DNA of 64,000 bases from Candidatus Woesebacteria bacterium (GCA_050123235.1 JASFHL010000004.1:40558-104557); one strand, 5' to 3'. Positions 8,732 to 18,715 are shown, counted from the stretch's first letter. Program-made: numbers and translations. The notes: generated by a model not told the origin, from the letters alone.

Positions 8732-10870
8732 ATGATTAATGTTGTTGGTACTTCACCAATCCCGACCAGTTCTCAAACCCCTGCTGGACAAGCTGCCCCA
8801 CAGACTACTCCTCAAGCTGCCGCTCCAACACCTCCTCCGGCTGCAGCTCAAAAAGCTGGTGGTGCTGGAGTAACTCCTCCCCCTAGTGCTAAACCACCAG
8901 GTAATAAATCTGCTATGAGTCCTCAACTGCAAAATTTATTTAAACAGAAAAAATTATCACCCAAGATGATTATAGCTATTTTGCTATTGGTGTTATTAGT
9001 GGTGGGAGTAATCGTAGGTTTTATTCTCAGTCAACAAAAACAAGAAATTAGGCAGAAAGCTGCAGTAGGTGATTATTGCTTAACTGATGCACAATGCAAC
9101 GTTGCTGGTGGGGAATACTGTGCTCCAAATCATTACTGTGCTATCAGACCTACTGGTGGTGGCTGTCCTAATAATGACCACACTGCCACTAGGTGGATAA
9201 GATTTACCTGCCCAGATGGTTGTACCATAACCCATGAGCCAGGTGATCCCCCAGAGGGCCGATATCGCTGTTATTCAAATCGAGAAGACTTCACAACTCC
9301 AGTTTCCTTAAATGGCGAATGTGGACAAGTAGATGTTTTGGATGAGAATGGAGATTTCTGTGGCTGGACTGAATATAATTGCGATGGCCCATGTGCTGGA
9401 GATGGTGAAGGAGGCACTCCTGTTCCTGGTGCTGCTACTAGTACGCCTGCTCCAACTGGTGTAGGTGGAGTTGAACCAACTCCAATCAGCTATAGTTGTA
9501 ACAGTAGCTGTACCAATACTAGCCAATGCCAAGGAGTCAATCCAAACTATCGCTGCTACACTAGAGCTGAGGGTGAACCAAACTGGAATTTGGCTGAATC
9601 ATGGAATAGCTTCAGTATCTCAGAGATGCCTTCAGCTTGTACCTCTGTTACTGCTTCTGGCGCTTACTATACACCAACTGAATTTAGACAATCAGTTTGG
9701 TGCAATGGAGGTACTGTTTACTTCCGCACTGTTCCTTTAGGTAGCAACGGTGAACCTAATTATGGGAGTGCTGGTAGCTGGAATACTAGCAGTATTAGTG
9801 CTGAGGGTCTACCATCATCCTGTACTAGTATTACTGCCTATGATGCTTATTCTACTCCAACTGAACTTAGACAAGCTTTATGGTGTGGTACTACTGTTTA
9901 TTTCCGCACTGTACCATTAAATAGTAGTGGTGAGCCTAATTTTAGTAATGTTGGCAGCTGGAATAGTAGTAGCATTAGTGCTGAAGGTCTACCATCATCC
10001 TGTACTACTATAACTGGCTATGGAGCTTACATGACCGACTCCAACCTAAGACAATCCCTTTTATGTAACGGTAATGTGAGTTATTACCATGATGTACCAT
10101 TGAACAGTAGCGGAGAGCCTAATTTTAGTAATGTTGGCAGCTGGAATAGCATGAGTTTATCTGAATTTGGATTAGCATCATCTTGTACTACTATAAGTGC
10201 TTATGCAACAAGTAATAATGGAAATACACTTAGACAGGTATTCTGGTGCAATGGCACTAATGGTTATTTCCGTGCCGTAGGTATTGGCAGTCGCTGCAGG
10301 TTGGAAAGCAATCCTAGCTCCATGACTTGTTCTGTGGCCACAGCAGCAGCCCCAACTGCTACTCCAGAACCAGGTGTCTGCGGTTCCTCAGGTTGTAGTC
10401 TTGACAATCCATGTAGCGGTCAACTGGTTTGTATTACAGCTAATGATGGCAACAACTACTGTTCTGAAGCTGATCAAAGCGTCCGAGATGCCTGTGCTAT
10501 CAATCCAAATACAACGACTTGCTGTACAGCACCAACCAGTGCTGTTGCTACTGCTACTCCAACTGATACTGTGGTCAATACCACTATCGATTGTAATGAT
10601 GCTTGTGTGCAGAATTCAGATTGCAGTAATGTCAGTCACATCTGCTGGAATGGTCAATGTCGCTTGTCAGAAAATCCTTCTGACGAACTATGCAGATTAC
10701 CTGGCGGGGGTACCACTACTACTGTCACTTACGAAACCATCCAACAGAGACAAATTCAACCAACCCTACCTTCTCAACTACCAAGCTCTGGTCCTGCTGA
10801 TTGGTTAAAATACCTCAAGGCTGGACTAGGTGTCCTAGGCTTTGGGCTACTACTCTTCTTATTACTCTAA
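8732..10870 (+). CDS. Cys-rich surface protein with N-terminal TM, internal 60-aa repeats and C-terminal LPxxG-TM tail
   Basis: Pro/Ala-rich N-terminus, TM followed by QQKQEIRQKAA, Cys modules, four GEPN...W...C...LRQ..WC repeats, and the tail LPSSGPADWLKYLKAGLGVLGFGLLLFLLL. Confidence 0.8.
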   Translation: MINVVGTSPIPTSSQTPAGQAAPQTTPQAAAPTPPPAAAQKAGGAGVTPPPSAKPPGNKSAMSPQLQNLFKQKKLSPKMIIAILLLVLLVVGVIVGFILSQQKQEIRQKAAVGDYCLTDAQCNVAGGEYCAPNHYCAIRPTGGGCPNNDHTATRWIRFTCPDGCTITHEPGDPPEGRYRCYSNREDFTTPVSLNGECGQVDVLDENGDFCGWTEYNCDGPCAGDGEGGTPVPGAATSTPAPTGVGGVEPTPISYSCNSSCTNTSQCQGVNPNYRCYTRAEGEPNWNLAESWNSFSISEMPSACTSVTASGAYYTPTEFRQSVWCNGGTVYFRTVPLGSNGEPNYGSAGSWNTSSISAEGLPSSCTSITAYDAYSTPTELRQALWCGTTVYFRTVPLNSSGEPNFSNVGSWNSSSISAEGLPSSCTTITGYGAYMTDSNLRQSLLCNGNVSYYHDVPLNSSGEPNFSNVGSWNSMSLSEFGLASSCTTISAYATSNNGNTLRQVFWCNGTNGYFRAVGIGSRCRLESNPSSMTCSVATAAAPTATPEPGVCGSSGCSLDNPCSGQLVCITANDGNNYCSEADQSVRDACAINPNTTTCCTAPTSAVATATPTDTVVNTTIDCNDACVQNSDCSNVSHICWNGQCRLSENPSDELCRLPGGGTTTTVTYETIQQRQIQPTLPSQLPSSGPADWLKYLKAGLGVLGFGLLLFLLL
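9572..10290 (+). repeat. Four intragenic tandem repeats of about 180 bp (59-61 aa)
   Basis: The GEPN codons start at 9572, 9749, 9929 and 10112 (periods 177, 180, 183). Confidence 0.9.
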
Positions 10871-10940
10871 TCTTAGAATAAAATCAAAGAAGGAAAAATA
10901 TAGATTGCTAGATATATATTCTGAAGAAGTGAATAAGCTA

Positions 10941-11098
10941 AAATTTACTATAAATAAATATTGCAGTGTTAAAGCGAGGTCTGGCTAAGCTTAATCTAGC
11001 ACTACATTTACTACCGAGCTTTACTGAGTGAGCTTTATATCTTAAAAATTAATAAGAGGTTGTCGCGAACGACTGCAATATTTATTTATACTAAATTT
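10941..11098 (+). ncRNA. Dispersed structured element, full copy A (unknown family; candidate ncRNA or MITE-like)
   Basis: 27-bp arms at 10941-10967 / 11072-11098 with 1 mismatch. Core TGTTAAAGCGAGGTCTGGCTAA..TAGC..CTACCGAGCTTTACTGAGTGAGC..GCGAACGA is shared with the other copies. Confidence 0.7.
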
Positions 11099-11219
11099 GG
11101 ACTGTGTTTTTCGAGCTCAGGATATTTTTTCTTCTTTGACTTTGCTCTAGAAATTGTATTATGATGATTATTAGGCAATAATTTTTGTAAAATTTTAATT
11201 TAGTGAGCAACAAAGAAAT

Positions 11220-12773
11220 ATGACTGATTCCATGAATCCTATGAATCAACAAAGCTCTAATTCAACAGCTAGCAGTAAGCCTAATTCTCAAAACCTCTTC
11301 CAAGGGATAACTAAGAAGATGGCTCAGAATACTAATGTTCAACGCGCAGCATTAAGCCAATTGGGAGCAAGTTCACTAGATAAAGCAAATCCCAACCCAT
11401 CCAGTACAAACAGCCAAAATCTATTAGACTCAATGCCTAGTTCAATAGAGGCAAAACCAAGCCAAGCTCCTATTAAAACAGCATTAAAACAACCATTGCC
11501 TAACACTCCAGCAGATCAAGGTGCAACATTAAAGCAAGCAAGCCCTCCTCCAACTCAAGAAAGTCTTACTGCTCCCAAAACAAAGTCATCAAAAAAAATA
11601 TTTTTAAGTATTGCAGTACTTTTATTTCTTGTATTTGGAGCTGGCGCTGGCTTTATTCTAAGTCAACAGTCACAAGACATTAACCGTCAAGCTACCACTC
11701 CAGAAACTGCCAAACCAACCCTAGCTGTGCTACCTGCCCCTGTTGCCACGCTTTCTGAAAAAGATCAAATTGCTAAAAAGGTACTTACTTGTTTAGACGG
11801 GATGAAGGATAACTCAGGACTTTATCCATATAAACAAAATTGTGACGAAAAAGGTAATTGTGAATCTTTACCAGATAATAATTCTGGTCCACGCCCTATT
11901 TATGCTAGATTTCATTACTACCAAAAAACTAAGGATCCTCAAGAACTTGCTATTTTTAAAAAAGATTTATCAATTAATAATACAGCTGTTTCAGGCATTC
12001 AGAATAACTTCTACAACTGTAAATTAATCGCTGAGATTCAAGCTAGCATTGATGAAATGTGGAACAACAATTTCTTGATGAAGCAAGAAAGAAATCAAGC
12101 TAGAAATATTTGCCTTCTTAGTAAAAACAACCAGCAATTAGAGCAAATCGCAGATCAAAACTTGGACAGTGAATTGGCTAAAAAACCTGATTTTGATCAA
12201 GTATATGACGATCTATCAAGTACAAAGTCAAGTAGTCAAGAAATTTTGCTCAAAACTGACCTCGCTAGTGCTAGCTATTACAGTTCTGAATATGCAGGTC
12301 GTTATTCATTACTCACCCAGAATAGAGAGACTGAATTAAAAAGAGCGATATTCTTTTACAATCAAGCCTTGCTTATGCTCTTTCAAGAAAAACAAACAGC
12401 TAATTTTAAAGATATTTGTACTTTTGGAGAAAGTTCGCTTGATCTCTACAGAGTTACTCAGGATGAGGATTATCTTAAGCTAGCCAAATATCTTTGGAGC
12501 TGGGGTGCTGATCAAACTAGCCATGACTTTTCTACCAAAACAATCTGTGCCTATTTCACTAATAGCCTTTACCAAGAAACACAAGAAGAATCTTATCAAA
12601 CAGCCAGAAGTAATTTAATTAATGATTTGATTGAAAATAATCTTGATAAAACTGGACAAATGAGTTTTGTGACTGGAGATGGCTGTTTTAATTCTGATAA
12701 AGATGCAGCTGGAAAGGTTAGTAAATCAAGTATAGATAATAGCTTATTAGTGAAAGTATTGCTAGCTGAGTAA
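11220..12773 (+). CDS. Membrane-anchored exported protein (same N-terminal TM motif family)
   Basis: Low-complexity N-terminus, TM followed by SQQSQDINRQA, and a helical Cys-containing C-terminal domain of unknown function. Confidence 0.75.
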   Translation: MTDSMNPMNQQSSNSTASSKPNSQNLFQGITKKMAQNTNVQRAALSQLGASSLDKANPNPSSTNSQNLLDSMPSSIEAKPSQAPIKTALKQPLPNTPADQGATLKQASPPPTQESLTAPKTKSSKKIFLSIAVLLFLVFGAGAGFILSQQSQDINRQATTPETAKPTLAVLPAPVATLSEKDQIAKKVLTCLDGMKDNSGLYPYKQNCDEKGNCESLPDNNSGPRPIYARFHYYQKTKDPQELAIFKKDLSINNTAVSGIQNNFYNCKLIAEIQASIDEMWNNNFLMKQERNQARNICLLSKNNQQLEQIADQNLDSELAKKPDFDQVYDDLSSTKSSSQEILLKTDLASASYYSSEYAGRYSLLTQNRETELKRAIFFYNQALLMLFQEKQTANFKDICTFGESSLDLYRVTQDEDYLKLAKYLWSWGADQTSHDFSTKTICAYFTNSLYQETQEESYQTARSNLINDLIENNLDKTGQMSFVTGDGCFNSDKDAAGKVSKSSIDNSLLVKVLLAE

Positions 12774-12781
12774 AACAAGTA

Positions 12782-13906
12782 ATGAACATTCAAAAAAGCA
12801 GAGCCACCATTAAACGAAGCAAAAAAACTAATCTCAAATTGGTAATAAGTTTATTGTTTATTTTAATGTCAGTGACTGGTTTTTTGGCTGGACTTTATTT
12901 GACTCAGCAAAGACAAGATATTAGACAACAGGCTTATCCTGGGCAAGAATGTGACTATACTTCCCAATGTGATGGCGAAAACGAAGTTTGCAATCCTAAT
13001 ACTCATCGTTGCGAAGGTGGAGTTATCCCAAGTAGCTGTGATTGTACTGCTGCACATACTTGCACCAGTAGCAACCCTAGCTGTGGTAGCTGTGTGCGAT
13101 CGTACTGCTATATTTCACCAGTCACTGGCAACTGTGAACAATGGTGTGAGCCAGTTTGCGGTGATGTCAGTGAAGCATGTGACTTTTATTGTCTAGAATG
13201 TACCAATGCTTCTGATACTTGCGGCCCTCAGCCAACACCTGGCGGCCCGACTCCAACTCCATTCCAACCACCTACAATTACGCCTTATCACACACCGGCT
13301 GTTAGTCCTACACCGACTCCAGCTCAACCAACATCAACTCCGCCCCCAATCTCGAGCCCAACTCCTACAGTGACTGGCGCCCCTAGTTCCACTCCCACAC
13401 CGACTGCCACTTTAAGCCCAACTCCAACCGTGACTGCTAGTCCAACGCCAACTAGTCCTCCTTGGGCCTCACCAACTCCGACTAGCCCACCATGGGCATC
13501 ACCTACCCCCACCAGTCCTCCTTGGGCTTCACCAACTCCGACCTCTCCACCTTGGGTACCAACTAATACTCCAGTGCCTTGGTCAAGTCCGACCCCGATC
13601 GCTTGGACAGTACCAACTAATACTCCTGCTCCATGGGTAGTAGTACCAACTATGATTGATTGTAACTCTATCTGCTACTCTGACTCTGAATGTGCTCAAA
13701 TCGGCTTGATTTGCTATCAAGGCCGCTGCCGCTTGGCTGCTAATCCAGAAGATCAATATTGCCGTCTCCCAGCTAGTGAAGTGATGGTAGAACAACCAGT
13801 TACTCCTGAAGCATTACCAGTTGCTGGCCCAGAAGATTGGCTTAAATACCTGAAGATTGGCCTCAGTGTGCTTGGCATTGGTGCTTTACTCTTCTTGTTA
13901 ATTTAA
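12782..13906 (+). CDS. Cys-rich, Pro/Thr-rich surface protein with C-terminal LPxxG-TM tail (paralogue of 8732..10870)
   Basis: TM followed by TQQRQDIRQQA, Cys domain, PT linker, DCN..C...SEC.....IC..G.CRL..NP.D..C module, and the tail LPVAGPEDWLKYLKIGLSVLGIGALLFLLI. Confidence 0.82.
   Translation: MNIQKSRATIKRSKKTNLKLVISLLFILMSVTGFLAGLYLTQQRQDIRQQAYPGQECDYTSQCDGENEVCNPNTHRCEGGVIPSSCDCTAAHTCTSSNPSCGSCVRSYCYISPVTGNCEQWCEPVCGDVSEACDFYCLECTNASDTCGPQPTPGGPTPTPFQPPTITPYHTPAVSPTPTPAQPTSTPPPISSPTPTVTGAPSSTPTPTATLSPTPTVTASPTPTSPPWASPTPTSPPWASPTPTSPPWASPTPTSPPWVPTNTPVPWSSPTPIAWTVPTNTPAPWVVVPTMIDCNSICYSDSECAQIGLICYQGRCRLAANPEDQYCRLPASEVMVEQPVTPEALPVAGPEDWLKYLKIGLSVLGIGALLFLLI
13439..13558 (+). repeat. 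Four 30-bp tandem repeats encoding SPTPTSPPW(A/V)
   Basis: Units start at 13439, 13469, 13499 and 13529. Confidence 0.9.
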
Positions 13907-13993
13907 GCGATTTTTGAATATCCCAAATAAATTATATTTAAATTATATTAGAGTTATTGTTAAAAGAAGGATTGTTGAAACTAACAGTTTAAA

Positions 13994-14147
13994 ATTTACT
14001 ATAGATAAATATTAGAGCGTTGAAGCGAGGTCTGGCTAAAATCGAATTAGCACATAACTTACTACCGAGCTTCACCGAGTGAGCCTTGTATCTTTAAAAT
14101 AAATACAATGTTGCAGCGAACGACTCTAAGATTCATCTATAGTAAAT
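13994..14147 (+). ncRNA. Dispersed structured element, full copy B
   Basis: 24-bp arms at 13994-14017 / 14124-14147 with 2 mismatches. Core CGTTGAAGCGAGGTCTGGCTAA..TTAGC..CTACCGAGCTTCACCGAGTGAGCC..GCAGCGAACGA. Confidence 0.7.
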
Positions 14148-14230
14148 GAGACTGTTTCTGAGTTTAATAAACGATAAGTTAATAAAAAAATTAGTTTAGC
14201 TGATATAATTTACTGGGTAAATTCAAAAAC

Positions 14231-14304
14231 GCGCGCGTAGCTCAATTGGTTAGAGCACCAAGCTTATACCTTGGTGGTTCCAGGTTCGAGTCCTGGCGCG
14301 CGCA
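14231..14304 (+). tRNA. tRNA-Ile(UAU), CCA not encoded
   Basis: Cloverleaf: acceptor GCGCGCG/CGCGCGC, D arm GCTC/GAGC, anticodon arm CCAAG-CTTATAC-CTTGG (anticodon TAT at 14265-14267), T arm CCAGG-TTCGAGT-CCTGG, discriminator A. Confidence 0.95.
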
Positions 14305-14362
14305 CAAAAACACTTAAAAAGATATTTCTTGACTTTTGTAATAGAATATATGTGTATTTATT

Positions 14363-15007
14363 ATGCAAGAAAGATTAGAAATTAATACAGGAGTAACAGG
14401 CGCGGACAACCTCCTCCCTGTTGTTGTGCTACAAACAGCAGCGGGAGCAGCTGAAAAAAATGAAGCAGTAGCATATGAAGAACTAGAAACAGCTCCTATC
14501 ATAGAGATAGACCCTACTGCTATGCTTCATTTGCCTAAGGATGCTAGAAGACCAACAAAAGATGAAGTTTCTCTAAGAGTTTTTTGTTTCCAAATTACTA
14601 TGCCTGGTACAATAATAGAAACGGAAAATGCTCCTCCAATCTTAACTTTAGAAGCTTTATTTGAACTAGAACCAGAATTAAAACAAAGAAAGTCAGAGAT
14701 TAGATACTGTTTTATCCATACTTTTAACAGGTGCTGGGAAACAATCCCTCAATTAGAAAGGAATAGTTGGTTTATAACAATCAGTGTTTCTGCTCAGCCT
14801 CAAGCCGCTGATGATAAAAGAACTAATGGTCCAGCTGAAGCATTATCAGAAACTGCGTTATTAGTAGCTCGAGTCAAAACTTTAAGAGAGGCATATTTTT
14901 CAGCCTTAAAAATGGCTATTACCACTAGCTCTGCTGAAGATGAAGTTGATGAGATAGACGAGCAACCAGCAAAAACTAGATCAAAATTATTGGCAAGGCT
15001 TAACTAA
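14363..15007 (+). CDS. Hypothetical protein
   Basis: 214-aa ORF right after the tRNA, preceded by TTGACT-N17-TAGAAT; no motif recognised. Confidence 0.65.
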   Translation: MQERLEINTGVTGADNLLPVVVLQTAAGAAEKNEAVAYEELETAPIIEIDPTAMLHLPKDARRPTKDEVSLRVFCFQITMPGTIIETENAPPILTLEALFELEPELKQRKSEIRYCFIHTFNRCWETIPQLERNSWFITISVSAQPQAADDKRTNGPAEALSETALLVARVKTLREAYFSALKMAITTSSAEDEVDEIDEQPAKTRSKLLARLN

Positions 15008-15203
15008 CAATATTCCACCAGAACTCCAAAAACCTCAAAGTTCTCCTCATTGTCAATCTTAAATAATCTTTCAAGAAAAAATATGAAAATATGTTAAGAT
15101 ATACATCTTGCTTTCAAAAAATGATCGTAAATCAAAAACAAATGTTTTTCAGCAAAATCTCAGCAAAAGTAGTGTAAAATATATCTTTTTGATTAAAGAA
15201 TTT

Positions 15204-16271
15204 ATGAAAAAACTTAAACGAGCAGCTAAACGAATCAAAAACTTGCCCAAAAAAATTATTAAAACCATTAAAAAAAGGTGGAAGCTTTTGCTGGTCTTAA
15301 TTTTGATCATCTCAGCCCTTGCTTTTTTCTTATACAAAAGACAAGAAGCTAATAAAATTATCCTTACTTTTGAAAAACCTCAACGTGAAGATATCACTGA
15401 AACTCTTGAGGTTTCTGGCATTATTGATGCCAAAGAAAAGGCCACCCTTAGATTTATTGCTGGCGGCAAAGTCACTTACCTCGGAGTTCAAGAAGGTGAT
15501 TATGTGAAAAAATGGCAAACCATTGTCATCATTGACCAGCGTGATTTACAAAAAAAATTACAACAGGATTTGAATGATTATATGAAAGAACGTTGGGATT
15601 GGGATCAAGTGCTGGATGATACCAAAGATCGTTGGATTCCCAAATCAGAAGAAAGAGAAAAAGATAAATCTCAATGGGATCTTGATAATACTGTTCTAGA
15701 TGTAGAAATCAGAGATATCGCTATTTCCAACACTGTCATGTCTGCTCCTTTCTCTGGCATTATTGTTAAATCACCCACCAGCACTGCCAATGTACAACTA
15801 CTGGCGACTGACACTTTTGAACTAATTAACCCAGAGACTTTAGTTTTTAGAGCTCAAGTTGATGAGGCTGATATTGCAGCAGTTAGCTTAGATCAAATTG
15901 CCAAACTCACATTTGATGCTTATCCAGATGAAAATATAACTACTCAAGTAAATTATATTGCCTACAAAAGTAGTCAAGCTAGTAGTGGCACTGTCTTTGA
16001 AATTGAATTTCCTATTCTGGAAGAGAATGCTGCTACTAAATATCGTTTGGGCATGAATGGTGATGCTGAAATTAAGTTGAGAAGCAAAGAAAATGTTCTA
16101 ACAATCCCTTTGATAGCTACTAGAGAAAGAAATGGTGAAACTTTTGTTGATCTCAAAACCGGAGAAGAAACTTATGAAGAGAGAAAAATAGAGATTGGCC
16201 TAGAGACTGAAGATAAGGTTGAAGTAATTGATGGCTTAACAGAAAATGATGAGATTTTAATTCCAGAATAA
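15204..16271 (+). CDS. MacA/HlyD-like membrane fusion (adaptor) protein
   Basis: Basic N-terminus plus TM, GKV..L.V.EGD.VKK.Q lipoyl half-motif, APFSG, and A.VDEADI. The ATG at 15204 is preferred over the ORF-track start at 15108. Confidence 0.85.
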   Translation: MKKLKRAAKRIKNLPKKIIKTIKKRWKLLLVLILIISALAFFLYKRQEANKIILTFEKPQREDITETLEVSGIIDAKEKATLRFIAGGKVTYLGVQEGDYVKKWQTIVIIDQRDLQKKLQQDLNDYMKERWDWDQVLDDTKDRWIPKSEEREKDKSQWDLDNTVLDVEIRDIAISNTVMSAPFSGIIVKSPTSTANVQLLATDTFELINPETLVFRAQVDEADIAAVSLDQIAKLTFDAYPDENITTQVNYIAYKSSQASSGTVFEIEFPILEENAATKYRLGMNGDAEIKLRSKENVLTIPLIATRERNGETFVDLKTGEETYEERKIEIGLETEDKVEVIDGLTENDEILIPE

Positions 16272-16292
16272 AAAATAGTTAAAATTGCCAAA

Positions 16293-17093
16293 GTGAAATC
16301 ATCCAAAAAAAATAAAACACCAGTGTTACAACTTGTTAAAGTTTCTAAAACTTATCAAGTTGGCTCTCAAACCATCCGAGCGCTCAGAAAAGTTGATTTT
16401 ACTGTTAACAAAGGTGAATTCATCTCAATCATGGGTCCTTCTGGTAGTGGTAAATCTACCTTTTTGCAAGTAGCGAGCATCTTAGCTGAGGCAAGTAGTG
16501 GACAAATCTTCATCCAAGGCAAAGATGTCACTGAATATGATGAAGTAGAAAGAGCTAAACTCAGAAATAAAGAAATTGGTTTTGTGTTTCAAAAATTTAA
16601 TCTGCTATCCAAAACTTCGGCCTTGGATAATGTGGCTCTACCATTACTCTACGCTGGAATCAAAGAAAGTGAGAGAAAAAAAAGGGCTGCAGCAGTCTTA
16701 GAAAAACTAGGATTAGCTGATCGACTAAATAATACTCCTGCTCAGCTTTCTGGTGGTCAACAACAAAGAGTGGCTATTGCTAGAGCCTTAGTCAATGAAC
16801 CTTCGATAATCTTTGCAGACGAACCAACTGGTAACCTTGATTCCAAAAGTGGTGAAGAAGTGGAAAAAATTCTCAAAAAACTGAGCCGAGAGGGTAAAAC
16901 TATTATCATGGTTACTCATGAAGCTTATATCGCCGAGCTAGCCCAAAGACAAGTAGTTATTAAAGATGGAGAGATTATTTCAGACACCCTAAATGGCTCT
17001 CAAACAGAATACACTAGCGAAGCTGTTGAGGAAGAAGATTATCCCAAAAAAAAAATTAATTACACTAAAAGGAAACGTAAAAAGAAAAAATGA
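16293..17093 (+). CDS. ABC transporter ATP-binding protein (MacB/LolD-like)
   Basis: [36 protein letters not shown]. Confidence 0.93.
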   Translation: MKSSKKNKTPVLQLVKVSKTYQVGSQTIRALRKVDFTVNKGEFISIMGPSGSGKSTFLQVASILAEASSGQIFIQGKDVTEYDEVERAKLRNKEIGFVFQKFNLLSKTSALDNVALPLLYAGIKESERKKRAAAVLEKLGLADRLNNTPAQLSGGQQQRVAIARALVNEPSIIFADEPTGNLDSKSGEEVEKILKKLSREGKTIIMVTHEAYIAELAQRQVVIKDGEIISDTLNGSQTEYTSEAVEEEDYPKKKINYTKRKRKKKK

Positions 17094-18301
17094 ACCTGAC
17101 TAATACTTTTATCATCGCTATCAAAGCCATTCTTACCAACAAAGTGAGAAGCTTTCTCACCATGTTAGGCATTATCATTGGTGTTAGCTCAGTGGTCATG
17201 CTCACTTCCATTGGCACTGGTCTAGAAGCCTACATCACTGAACAATTTGAAAGCTTAGGTTCAAATAACATTCTTGTTTTTCCTGGCGATATTTTTGGAG
17301 AAGGTGGCGGTTTTAGTCGTGAAAGACAAGCAAGTGCTTTGCTCAATAACAAACTTAAATTATCAGATGTCAATGAAATTAAAAAGTTAAGAGAATTTGT
17401 AGAAACAGCTGTGCCTTTTAATACACATACGGACAAGGTGTCTTTCCAAACTGAAACCAAAACAGTGAGTTTGCTAGCCACCACTCATGAATATGATGAA
17501 GTATTTAATACTAAAATGGAAAAAGGAAGATTCTTTGACAAAGTGGAAGAACAAACTGGCAAACGAGTAGCTATTTTAGGTTTTTCTACTGCAGATGAAC
17601 TTTTTGGACAAGTTGATCCAATTGGTAAAAAAGTAAAAGTTGGCAATCATGTCTTTAAAGTTATTGGAGTGGCTGAAAAAAAAGGCGGTGGTTTTGGCGG
17701 GCCTTCTTTTGATACCTATGTTTATTTACCTTTAAAAACTTTTTCCAAAATTTATGACAAAAATGATATTGTAGAAATAGTAGCTAAAGCTAAGGACAAA
17801 GATAGTATTCCAGAAACCATTGAAGCGATTGAAAAAACAATGCTCAAAAGACTGAAAGATGATGAATTTAGTGTGCTTGATCAGTCTGAAATCTTGGAAA
17901 TGATCAATGAGATTTTAGGAATTTTAACTATTGGCTTGGGCGGCATTGCTGCAATTTCACTTCTAGTAGGCGGAATTGGCATCATGAATATCATGCTGGT
18001 TTCTGTGACTGAGCGAACTAATGAGATTGGCTTAAGAAAAGCATTAGGGGCGACACCCAATCAAATTTTATTACAATTTCTAATTGAAGCTGCGCTTTTG
18101 TCTATCTTGGGGGGCTTGATTGGTTTGGGCTTGGCCTTCTTGGGAGCACTGGTTATCCAAGCTTACTTTCCTGCTAAAGTAACCATGGGGGCGGTGATAT
18201 TGGCTTTTACTGTCTCAACTGCAGTAGGTTTAATTTTTGGGGCTGCCCCAGCTAGAAGAGCTTCAAAGTTGTCGCCAATTGAAGCGTTGAGATATGAGTA
18301 G
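17090..18301 (+). CDS. ABC transporter permease (MacB-like)
   Basis: RSFLTMLGIIIGV and GGIGIMNIMLVSVTERT.EIGLRKALGA; ends PIEALRYE. Confidence 0.93.
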   Translation: MNLTNTFIIAIKAILTNKVRSFLTMLGIIIGVSSVVMLTSIGTGLEAYITEQFESLGSNNILVFPGDIFGEGGGFSRERQASALLNNKLKLSDVNEIKKLREFVETAVPFNTHTDKVSFQTETKTVSLLATTHEYDEVFNTKMEKGRFFDKVEEQTGKRVAILGFSTADELFGQVDPIGKKVKVGNHVFKVIGVAEKKGGGFGGPSFDTYVYLPLKTFSKIYDKNDIVEIVAKAKDKDSIPETIEAIEKTMLKRLKDDEFSVLDQSEILEMINEILGILTIGLGGIAAISLLVGGIGIMNIMLVSVTERTNEIGLRKALGATPNQILLQFLIEAALLSILGGLIGLGLAFLGALVIQAYFPAKVTMGAVILAFTVSTAVGLIFGAAPARRASKLSPIEALRYE

Positions 18302-18638
18302 GCTTATTTAAAAATACTTTTTTAAGCTCAACTTTCAGCTTTAAATGATCTTTTAGATGATGGATTTTTATTATCCACTTTCTCTTTTCCCCTTGCTTTG
18401 CTTCACATTCACTCACTCTGACAGTCACTTTAAGTGTTTTAGCTGTTTTTGTACTTGCATCTACAATTTCATCTACAAGGATTTCATTTACCCGTACTTT
18501 TACTAGCTCTCCACTTTTAGTTCTAATGCGTATTATTTCTCCTTCTATTAAAGTTGAGCCATCTGGTAAACCTAGTGGTTTCTCTTCAGGACCTTTTTCA
18601 GTAAGTACATAGCCTATTGCAACTTCTGATTCTGGCAT
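18252..18638 (-). CDS. Hypothetical protein
   Basis: 128-aa ORF with AAGGA upstream of the ATG; 3' end overlaps the convergent permease. Confidence 0.5.
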   Translation of the reverse strand: MPESEVAIGYVLTEKGPEEKPLGLPDGSTLIEGEIIRIRTKSGELVKVRVNEILVDEIVDASTKTAKTLKVTVRVSECEAKQGEKRKWIIKIHHLKDHLKLKVELKKVFLNKPTHISTLQLATTLKLF

Positions 18639-18715
18639 TGTTATCCTTTCTTAGATTCAAAAATCCAAATTATTAATTCGTAATTAATAAAAATTTATAC
18701 TAAAATATAAACAGG

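Noticed and set aside
14305-15107. Prophage or integrative element at the tRNA
   Set aside because: No integrase and no duplicated tRNA 3' end found in the window; only one orphan ORF follows.
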